A stretch of DNA of 17,432 nt from Candidatus Zixiibacteriota bacterium. GTDB taxonomy: Bacteria > Zixibacteria > MSB-5A5 > UBA10806 > 4484-95. The stretch covers positions 1-17,432 of the forward strand of contig JAOZPT010000051.1 in the NCBI GenBank assembly GCA_029932605.1. Direction: 5' to 3'. The notes under the pieces were generated by a model that saw only the letters and a list, made by a program, of their open reading frames with translations, was not told the DNA's origin and made no database searches. The first letter of the stretch is position 1. Each line of letters begins with the position of its first letter. The position numbers and the translations under genes are program-made. This document shows positions 1 to 8,700 of the stretch, piece by piece.

Positions 1-2
1 TA

Positions 3-182
3 TACTCGGCTGGTGATGCTAACGGTAATTGCTCATATACAGGTTCTGATGTGACCTTCCTTGTGGCATACTTCAAAGGTTCCAATCCTGAAGTTCTATG
101 GTGTCCGGATACGCCACCAGCAGGGATAATAACATTAAGAAGAAATGGTAACTTAACAACGGATGTATTACCGGAAAATTAA
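3..182 (+). CDS. 3' end of a secreted/surface protein with a C-terminal dockerin-type (Ca-binding loop-helix) repeat; truncated by the window edge
   Basis: Not in the ORF track. Manual translation from nt 3 gives YSAGDANGNCSYTGSDVTFLVAYFKGSNPEVLWCPDTPPAGIITLRRNGNLTTDVLPEN* (TAA 180-182). GDANGxCxxxGSDVTFLVxYF matches the dockerin GDxNxDGxxxxxDxxxL loop-helix pattern. A terminator follows. Confidence 0.75.
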   Translation, partial: YSAGDANGNCSYTGSDVTFLVAYFKGSNPEVLWCPDTPPAGIITLRRNGNLTTDVLPEN

Positions 183-209
183 TATAAAAAACTTCTAAAA
201 TCCGACAAT

Positions 210-239
210 AAAAGCGGTCTTGGTACCGCTTTTTCTTTT
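210..239. terminator. Rho-independent, probably bidirectional terminator
   Basis: AAAAGCGGT-CTTGGT-ACCGCTTTT perfect 9-bp stem (210-233) followed by TCTTTT. It lies between the convergent dockerin gene and pepF. Confidence 0.8.
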
Positions 240-326
240 GATTCAATGTCGTTTTACGCTGGTAAAAACCTTTTCCCTATCAAGAAAATGCATCGGGAAA
301 GAGTTCCCAAGGATGTTGGGGTTCCT

Positions 327-2129
327 TTATCCTATTTTTTCTGCCAGCTTTACAAATGGCTCGATATCGGCCATTGCTCTTTTAACTGCATCTTTCCAAT
401 AATCTTCTTTGGTCAGGTCAACACCCAAATGTTTTTTAGCGACATCCTCGGTGTTCATGTTACCAGTATCAGCTAAAAGAGCACGATAACTTTTTGCGAA
501 TGTTGGTCCTTCCTTGAGAGCACGGTCATATATACCCATAGCAAACAAATAACCGAACGTGTATGGGAAATTATAAAACGGCACACCGGTAAAAAAGAAA
601 TGTAATTTCGAAGCCCAGAAGAGAGGATAATAACTATCTATTGTTCCAGCATAAGCCTTTTCCTGAGCTTCCACCATAAGTTCCTCAAGTCGGTTACGGC
701 TGACCATGCCATTTTTACGTTCCTCGTAAAACGAAACATCAAAAAGAAAGCGAGCATGTATATTGCAAAAATAGATATAGGCGTTTTGAAGTTTCTGGTC
801 TAAAAGCATCAATTTTTCCTGAGGGTCAGAAGCTGTTTTGAGTGCAACGTCAGTAACACGCAATTCGTTGAATGTTGAGGCTGTTTCAGCTAAGGTCATC
901 GGGTAAAGCGATATAAATGGAGGTTTATCTTTTAACACCCAGCCATGATAAGCATGGCCCAGTTCGTGCGCCAATGTCGATAAACAACCATAAGTGCCAG
1001 TGAATGTCATGAAGATACGACTTTCTTTGCTAATCGGGAAACCGGTGCAGAAACCTCCAGCGGCTTTTCCGGGACGATCCTCAGCCTCAATCCATTTTTT
1101 ATCGATCGCCATTCTGGAAAAGTTCCCTATTTCAGGACTGAAACTACTCAAGTGTTCAACGATAAAATCGCCAGCTTCATCATAGGTATATGTTCTGCTC
1201 GATTTACCAACAGGAGCAGTCTGGTCATACCACATAAATTTATCAATCCCGAGAAGTTTCTTTTTAGTATTGATATACTTTTTAAACCCAGGAACAGCAT
1301 TTGATACAACTGACCACATAGTTTCGAGAGTTTCGCGTTTCAGGCGGGCATTCTTCAACGGCTCGTAAAGCGGTGAATCCCATTTACGGTTTTTGTAGAG
1401 AGCCAAGCGAAATCCAGCCATAGAATTCAAAGTCATTGCCGCCAGCTCTGCCTGTGACTCCCAGACCTCGGTCAACTTCTCAAAAGCAGTACGTCTAATA
1501 TCATTATCAGGAGAGTCCATCTTAGGCGCCAGTTGCCCAAGAGAGATCCTTTTTGTTTTGCCATTTTCAGTAAAATCAACACGTAAATCGCCTGCCATTT
1601 TATCATACAGCCGATTCCAAGCATGGTAACCATCAACTGCCAAACTGATAGCCAGCTTCTCGAGCACAGGGGGCATCTTGCTTTTTGCCATTTCTCTCAT
1701 TTCATCGAGGAAAAATCTAATCTCCTCAAGACCAGCAACTATAATAAAATTATTCCACTCATCATCAGACAACTTCAGGGCAAACGATTCTAAACCAGTC
1801 ATAATAGACTGCCACCGGGCTGAATAAGCACTGAGTTCAGCATCTATACGATGTCCCTCTGTATCTTCAACATCCTGGCTGATCAGACATCCAGCAAATG
1901 AATAAGCCTGTTTAATGTCATCTCCTAATTTCTGCATATCCAGGACGAGCTTGCCCCATCTTTTATAATCAATTTCACCCTCCAATGAGGAAAGACTTTC
2001 AAGAGTTTTATTGGATGCTTCAAGGTTATTTTGTATCTCCTGCCTGAATTTTTTAAACTCTTTTGATTTCGAACCACCAGGGAAAATCGATTCAAGGTCC
2101 CATTTCGGCGCTTTCGTTTTGTCAGCCAT
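327..2129 (-). CDS. pepF: M3B family oligoendopeptidase (oligoendopeptidase F-like)
   Basis: 600 aa. N-terminal PKWDLESIF, zincin HELGH motif, downstream LAETASTFNE (third Zn ligand Glu), GKAAGGFC and HFF...FYNFPYTFG. GAGG RBS upstream. Confidence 0.9.
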   Translation of the reverse strand: MADKTKAPKWDLESIFPGGSKSKEFKKFRQEIQNNLEASNKTLESLSSLEGEIDYKRWGKLVLDMQKLGDDIKQAYSFAGCLISQDVEDTEGHRIDAELSAYSARWQSIMTGLESFALKLSDDEWNNFIIVAGLEEIRFFLDEMREMAKSKMPPVLEKLAISLAVDGYHAWNRLYDKMAGDLRVDFTENGKTKRISLGQLAPKMDSPDNDIRRTAFEKLTEVWESQAELAAMTLNSMAGFRLALYKNRKWDSPLYEPLKNARLKRETLETMWSVVSNAVPGFKKYINTKKKLLGIDKFMWYDQTAPVGKSSRTYTYDEAGDFIVEHLSSFSPEIGNFSRMAIDKKWIEAEDRPGKAAGGFCTGFPISKESRIFMTFTGTYGCLSTLAHELGHAYHGWVLKDKPPFISLYPMTLAETASTFNELRVTDVALKTASDPQEKLMLLDQKLQNAYIYFCNIHARFLFDVSFYEERKNGMVSRNRLEELMVEAQEKAYAGTIDSYYPLFWASKLHFFFTGVPFYNFPYTFGYLFAMGIYDRALKEGPTFAKSYRALLADTGNMNTEDVAKKHLGVDLTKEDYWKDAVKRAMADIEPFVKLAEKIG

Positions 2130-2396
2130 CTTCTATCCTCTCAATTGAAAAAATTTAACTTTACCAATTCACTTCTTCCAAATCATATTAATATATTTTA
2201 TATAAAGCTTGATTAACCTGTTGGCAAGAAAAATTATAAAATACGCTTTGCACTCACTACAAATTCAATAGCAAATATTCTTGTCACTGAATCTGTAAAA
2301 ATACCACGGTAACAATAAAATTTTCGTTACCAGACGATTGACGGTCGAGCGTAAGAATTTACGATATGAATATCTCAATCCTTGTTGTAAATATCA

Positions 2397-3395
2397 TCAA
2401 CCGCCAAGCAGTTTTATCATATCGACCATTCTACAGGAAAATCCCCATTCGTTATCATACCAGGACAATACTTTAATAAAGTTTTCCTGGATTACCATCG
2501 TTGATAAAGCATCAAAGATTGATGAATGGGGGTCACCGATGACATCAACGGAAACAATTGGAGCTTCAGTATAGCGTAATACACCCTTCATGAACCCCTC
2601 GGCAGCTTTTTTCATGACCGCATTTACTTCCTCTTTTGAGGTTTTTCTCTCAGTCTCCACCACCAGATCAACCAATGAGCCATCAGGAGTTGGCACCCTG
2701 ACCGCTAAACCATCAAGTCGTCCTTTCATTTCAGGTATAACCTCGGAGATAGCCTTGGCAGCACCGGTGGTCGTCGGTATCATTGACATAGCAGCAGACC
2801 TTGCCCGTCTCAAATCTTTATGGGGTAAATCCAGTATACGCTGGTCATTTGTATATGAATGGATAGTGGTCATAAAACCATACTTTATTTTAAAATTGTC
2901 ATGCAATACCTTAACAACTGGGGCAAGGCAATTAGTTGTGCATGAACCTATAGAAACCACCTGATGTTTTGAAGCATCATACTGATCGAAATTAACGCCT
3001 TTAACAAAAGTGCCATCATGGTTTTTTGCAGGTGCCGAGATTAAAACCTTTTTAGCACCAGCGCTGATATGTTTGGAGGCTTTTTCCTTATCTCTGAAAA
3101 GGCCGGTGCATTCCAATACAATCTCCGCACCAAGCACATCCCAGGGTAAGTTACCCGGATCGCGTTCGGCCATTACTTTTACAATTCTATCACCTACCGT
3201 AAAGCTATTATCACTTACAATGACATCCTCGGGAAATTGACCATGGATTGAATCATATTTAAGAAGGTGGGCTAAAGTTTTAGCGTCTGTAATATCGTTT
3301 ACGCCAACAACTTCAATATCAGGTTCTTTAAAGGCAGCCCTGAATACCAATCTGCCTATACGTCCAAATCCATTAATTCCTACTTTAATACTCAT
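2397..3395 (-). CDS. gap: Type I glyceraldehyde-3-phosphate dehydrogenase, NAD-dependent signature
   Basis: GINGFGRIGR, catalytic SCTTNCLAP and WYDNEWG. VND plus DLPH (Asp32/Leu187/Pro188-type) indicates NAD preference. AAGGAGG RBS. Confidence 0.98.
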   Translation of the reverse strand: MSIKVGINGFGRIGRLVFRAAFKEPDIEVVGVNDITDAKTLAHLLKYDSIHGQFPEDVIVSDNSFTVGDRIVKVMAERDPGNLPWDVLGAEIVLECTGLFRDKEKASKHISAGAKKVLISAPAKNHDGTFVKGVNFDQYDASKHQVVSIGSCTTNCLAPVVKVLHDNFKIKYGFMTTIHSYTNDQRILDLPHKDLRRARSAAMSMIPTTTGAAKAISEVIPEMKGRLDGLAVRVPTPDGSLVDLVVETERKTSKEEVNAVMKKAAEGFMKGVLRYTEAPIVSVDVIGDPHSSIFDALSTMVIQENFIKVLSWYDNEWGFSCRMVDMIKLLGG

Positions 3396-3422
3396 CTTCC
3401 CTCCTTAATATGGAAATAAGGT

Positions 3423-4466
3423 TCAACCAAAAAACACTTCGGCGACTTTATAAAACTTTTCCGGTACAGTTTTAATCTTCGATAGTGCTTCCTCAAGCGG
3501 TATTGAAATAATATTATTGCCCTTTAAAGCAACCATCTTCCCAAAATCACCTTTTTCAATTAATTCAACAGCACCAACACCAAACCTTGTGGAAAGTACG
3601 CGGTCAAAGGCAGTGGGTGAACCGCCCCTTTGAATATAACCTAAAATAACAACCCTTGATTCAAATCCCGTTCTTTTTTCAATCTCCTTAGCTAATACAT
3701 TTCCGATACCACCCAGGCGAACATGTCCGAAAGAATCTTTTTTCGTATCCTGAAGGATGAAAGTTCCGTCTTCATCAGCTTTCACCTTAAATTTTGCTCC
3801 TTCAGCAACTACCACAATTGAAAAATCTTTCCCCTCACCATGTCTTTTCTTTATTATCTCACAAACCGAATTAACATCAAACGGTTTTTCGGGAATAAGG
3901 ATAACATCAGCACCTCCAGCCAAACCAGATTCGATAGCAATCCAACCGGAATGGCGACCCATAACCTCGACGACCATGACGCGATTATGACTTTCAGCGG
4001 TCGTGTGGACACGGTCTATAGCCTCCATGGCGATATTGACAGCGGTGTCAAAACCGAATGTATAATCTGTTCCATAAATATCGTTATCGATAGTTTTAGG
4101 AACACCTACAACCTTTACGCCTTTGGCATGTAGTTCCTTAGCCACACCAAGGGTATCCTCTCCCCCCACAGCGATCAAAGCATTAATACCGGCCGAATCC
4201 ATATTATTAATTATCTTTTCTAAACCACCATCGATATTTAAAGGGTTAGTCCGCGATGTTTTAATTACCGTTCCCCCACGATAGACGATGCCCGCAACCT
4301 TTTCTCTATCAAGTTTGACATATTTTTCATTCAATAGCCCAAGCCAACCCTCTAATATACCGATAATTTCATAATTATAAGATTTTTTAGCTCTCCTGAC
4401 TATAGCACGTATAACAGCATTCAATCCGGGACAATCACCGCCTCCGGTAAGTATTCCTATTCTCAT
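3423..4466 (-). CDS. pfp: 6-phosphofructokinase, PPi-dependent signature (group III / mixed-substrate type)
   Basis: TGGGDCPG, GGEDT (Asp at E. coli position 104), PKTIDND (Lys at 124), MGR and LGYIQRGG. The PFK family call is certain; the phosphoryl donor is inferred from signature residues. Confidence 0.85.
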   Translation of the reverse strand: MRIGILTGGGDCPGLNAVIRAIVRRAKKSYNYEIIGILEGWLGLLNEKYVKLDREKVAGIVYRGGTVIKTSRTNPLNIDGGLEKIINNMDSAGINALIAVGGEDTLGVAKELHAKGVKVVGVPKTIDNDIYGTDYTFGFDTAVNIAMEAIDRVHTTAESHNRVMVVEVMGRHSGWIAIESGLAGGADVILIPEKPFDVNSVCEIIKKRHGEGKDFSIVVVAEGAKFKVKADEDGTFILQDTKKDSFGHVRLGGIGNVLAKEIEKRTGFESRVVILGYIQRGGSPTAFDRVLSTRFGVGAVELIEKGDFGKMVALKGNNIISIPLEEALSKIKTVPEKFYKVAEVFFG

Positions 4467-4474
4467 AAATCTTT

Positions 4475-5443
4475 CTACTTTCCTAACACTTCAGCTAATT
4501 TTATCAATGATGGACCAAGCTCTTTTTTATTATTAAAAACGGTATCAAATGAACTAACTTTAATGTCTCCCTTAACAAGGCCAACCATACAACTGGTTTT
4601 GTCTTTCAATAAATGCAAGACTGCTGTTGAACCCAACCTTGAGCCCAAAACCCTATCAAAGGCAGATGGTGAACCCCCTCTCTGGATATGACCCAATACC
4701 GTGATCTTGGAGATGATACCTGCTATTTTCGAAAGCTGGCGACCAACATGGTATGCCGTTGCCGCACCCTCGGCCACAATAATTATGTTGCTGATTTTGC
4801 CCTGCTTATAACGGTTCTTTATACGGAGCGCTATTTTTTCCAGATCGTAACGGACCTCGGGAATCAAAACTGCCTCTGCTCCGGTGGCAATACCCGACAT
4901 TAACGCCAAGTAACCGGAATTGCGCCCCATTGTCTCAATTATAAATGTCCGCTCATGAGAAGAGGCTGTATCCTTTATCTTGTCAATAACTTCAATAATA
5001 CTGTTCATTGCCGTGTCTGTACCCAGAGCCATGTCAGCACCATAGATATCGTTATCTATTGTCGCCGGAATACCGACTACCTGCACACCACGGTCAGCAA
5101 TAGCACATGCTCCCCTAAACGACCCATCACCACCTATTACAATCAAACCATCACATTCGTTTTTTATAAGATTGTTTATAGCCTCTTTTTGAGCTTCCTC
5201 GTATTTAAATTCTTCACAACGAGAGGTTAACAATATTGTCCCGCCTTTTTGTATTATCCCGCTGACATCATTTAAAACCATTTCAAAACAGTCGTTATCA
5301 AGCAATCCAGCAAAACCGCGCTTGAAAGCAACCACCTTAACATTTTGTTGTACGGCCTCGTGGACAACCGCTCTTATGCAAGGGTTTATCCCTGGCGAGT
5401 CTCCTCCCGATGTCAACAACCCGATTTTTTTCATCTTAGGCAT
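4475..5443 (-). CDS. pfkA: ATP-dependent 6-phosphofructokinase
   Basis: 322 aa. TSGGDSPG, GGDGS (Gly104), PATIDND (small residue at 124), MGR and LGHIQRGG. AGGAGG RBS at 5448-5453 (minus strand). Confidence 0.92.
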   Translation of the reverse strand: MPKMKKIGLLTSGGDSPGINPCIRAVVHEAVQQNVKVVAFKRGFAGLLDNDCFEMVLNDVSGIIQKGGTILLTSRCEEFKYEEAQKEAINNLIKNECDGLIVIGGDGSFRGACAIADRGVQVVGIPATIDNDIYGADMALGTDTAMNSIIEVIDKIKDTASSHERTFIIETMGRNSGYLALMSGIATGAEAVLIPEVRYDLEKIALRIKNRYKQGKISNIIIVAEGAATAYHVGRQLSKIAGIISKITVLGHIQRGGSPSAFDRVLGSRLGSTAVLHLLKDKTSCMVGLVKGDIKVSSFDTVFNNKKELGPSLIKLAEVLGK

Positions 5444-5463
5444 TATTCCTCCTAAAAGGTTTT

Positions 5464-5491
5464 ATTATATTTTATTTTTATCGTCTGTCAA
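5464..5491 (-). promoter_or_regulatory. sigma70-type promoter of the pfkA-pfp-gap operon
   Basis: Minus strand TTGACA (5491-5486)-N16-TATAAT (5469-5464). Both hexamers are perfect consensus and lie directly upstream of the pfkA RBS. Confidence 0.75.
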
Positions 5492-5652
5492 GTTCTTAAA
5501 TTAAGATATATTCTAATCTAAAGCACTTAATAATCAAATTATATGCTCAATTTATATTATTTTAATCAAGAACAACACATAAGTTTGCTGCTATTGAGTC
5601 AATATCATATCTGTAATAGCAATTCTAACATATATAAAAACTATATATAAAC

Positions 5653-5680
5653 TTGACATAACAAATACATATATTATATT
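5653..5680 (+). promoter_or_regulatory. sigma70-type promoter of the C25 gene
   Basis: TTGACA (5653-5658)-N16-TATATT (5675-5680). Confidence 0.6.
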
Positions 5681-5775
5681 TCTACAAAAGAAATTTATCA
5701 AAGTTGGTTTAAATAAAATGCGGTGATAACAAAATCCCTGAATCCATATCACTCATCAGAGAAAAGGAGTAATTG

Positions 5776-8700
5776 ATGAGGCTTTTGTTAATTGAAACGA
5801 TAGCGCTTTTATTTTATTGTGGATTTGCCAGTGCTGGTTTAGTAACATTAAACGACAGGCCAAACCGTTTTGAAACTACCAAAGTAACTTCAACCGAAAC
5901 AGAGATAATAATAAACTTCGCTTATCTGGATACAACCGCCAAAGCAGATGGTTATACATTGACATTACCGGACTACTTTAGAATCGGTAGTGGTTGGAAA
6001 ACCGGACCTTTCCAGACGGTTTTACCGTGTTATACTATCCTGCTTGCTGTGCCAAAAAATACCACACTGTCGGTATCAATTGATGCTGATGAGAGCATTG
6101 ATATCGACAATTTCAACTTGGCTACGGTTGATGAGGATAATAAAGAGCTGATCGAAAATATTGCACCAGATGGAGGTTTTTATCCTCAGAAGCTCGTTGA
6201 GTTTGAAAGTGCAGGTCAGATGCGGGATCTTCATCTGGCCAGGTTAACAATCCATCCCGTACAATATGATTATGACCAACAGGTTCTCAAGGTTCACTAT
6301 TCATTAGCAATAACTGCTCATCACCCCGGCGGTGATATCTGTTCTTCAGACAACCACATAAGTGAGGCTTTTTACCCTGTTTACAATGCTATCTTAACGA
6401 ACTCCTCCCTTCTTGACGATATAAATCTCAGGCGGGGTGGTTATTGGTTTATCGTTCATGATGATTTCGCTACTTCTATTACCCCTCTGGTCGAGTGGAA
6501 GAAAGCTAAGGGCTTTGATGTAAGAGTTTATCTCCTTTCTGATATAGGTTATAATCCAAGTTACACCGTGATATACAATTTTATATCACAGGAGTATAAT
6601 TCCGCTGAGACAAAACCTGATTATATTTGTTTGGTTGGCGATGTATCCATGCCCTCAGGGCATCCCGGTTTGGCTACTCGAACCTATTCCAATCCTTTCG
6701 GATTTGGTACCATCGACTCGGATAATTATTACACCTTTCTGGAGGGAAACGATTATTTCCCGGAGCTGTTTATTGGTCGAATCTCCGTGGATTACGAAAG
6801 CGAGCTCCAGGCATATATAAACAAGCATTTCGGTTATGAAAGAAACCCATATATGGATGAAACGAACTGGTATCATCAGGCAACGGTCATAGGATTGAAA
6901 ATGTATAGTTACTGGGTAGATGATACTATCTACACTCCTCGCATGACTAAACTCTGGTGCCGGGAGATGATGATGAATTATGGTTATACAGATGTCGATA
7001 CCTTCTTTGCTACAGACTACCACAGCCCACCAGCGTATCAGATTACAAATTCTATAAGCAGGGGAGTTACATTTGTTAATTATCGTGGTTATGGCGACCC
7101 TGATGGTTGGACAGCTCCCTGGTACACATCATCAAATCTTTACCAGATAAATAATGGTCCGAAATATGGTGTCATGCATTCGATAGTCTGCGGCACAGGC
7201 GACTACAGTGACTATAGCGATGTGTGTTTTGGTGAAACCTGGATCAGGCTGTCCAATAAGGGCGGTCCAGGTTTTATTGGCACCACCAATCACGACAGCC
7301 ACACAAGATATAATAACGCCATCGACTGTGGAATATACTGGGGATTGTTTGAAAAGGGAACTTACACTTTGGCCCAATCTCAGTTAATGGGTAAGATGAG
7401 TCTATTTTACGCATTTCCCAACGAAACTTATCCTAATGGTCGTATCGAGTCTTATTTCAATAGCTATAATGTCCTAGGTGATCCTGAATTGAACTGCTGG
7501 ATTGATATACCTAAAGCAATGATCGTATCTCATTCTGACACTCTTAATGTTGGACAGACTGGCGTCAATATTACAGTAACCGATATCAATGGAAATCCCC
7601 TGCAAAATGCTTATGCCTGCCTATGGAAATCTGACGACTTATTTGTTGGTAAGTTTACGGATGATAACGGTCATGCTAACTTTCAGATTGAACCAACCAC
7701 CACCGGCCAGATAGCGGTCACAGTTACAGCTCCCAATTTTATACCCTATGAAGGTGTTATCGAAATCATTTCTGCAGAGATGGCTGTGGGACTCGTCGGT
7801 TACCTTGTTGATGATGATAACGAGGGCAGTTCATCAGGTGATGGCGATATGATTACTAACCCAGCCGAGACTATCGAGCTGACACCGATATTGAAGAATT
7901 ACGGCAGTTCGCAAACCGCTATAAACGTTCAAGCAACAATTTCCTCAAACGACCAATATATTGATATTTTATCCTCAACCTCAAGCTATGGTAGTATTTC
8001 TCCAGACGATTCAGCTTTTGCCGACCAACCCTATGTTATCGAGATTGCGCCACAGGCTCCCGATGGTTACAGTATTGAGCTGGTGTTGAATATAACCGAG
8101 GATAGCGGAAACAGCTGGCAAAATTTTATATTCTTACCAGTCTCCGCGGCCAGTTTGAATGCAAACCATGTTATAATTCAGGCTGATGATAATGGAAACA
8201 ACATTATAGAGCCTGGTGAAAGTGTAGAATTAGTGTTAGACTTAACCAACTCAGGTTCAAAAAGGATAAACTCGGCTAACTCTATTTTACGAACCTTTGA
8301 CACTCATGTGCAGATTATAGATTCTATTGGTTATTTTGGCGATATCGATACCGATGAAACAAATTCTAACACCGATGATCCTTTCGCTTTGAGTGTATCT
8401 GACGATATCTATATCGGACATGAAATATGTTTTACCCTGGAAATCACCGGCTCGTCAGGGCAAATGCAAGAGACCGAATTTATCGTCTTGGTGGGTACCA
8501 TCTCATCGACCGACCCAATAGGTCCGGACAATTATGGTTATTATTGTTTCGACAATACCGATACAACTTACCTTTATCATCCGGAATACGAATGGATCGA
8601 GATCGAAGCGAGCTGGGATACTGTGACCCTATACGATGATAAAATAGAGACTATAGATTTACCGTTTAGGGTTCAGTATTACGGTGAAGGATATAATCAG

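Noticed and set aside
220..476. 60- and 76-aa plus-strand ORFs
   Set aside because: They start in or just after the terminator and run antisense into the pepF 3' end.
2338..5504. Plus-strand short ORFs opposite gap/pfp/pfkA
   Set aside because: Antisense shadows of conserved enzymes with no independent coding evidence.
5444..5772. AT-rich divergent region as a replication origin or CRISPR leader
   Set aside because: No TTATCCACA-type DnaA box cluster and no repeat-spacer array. It is explained by two back-to-back promoters.
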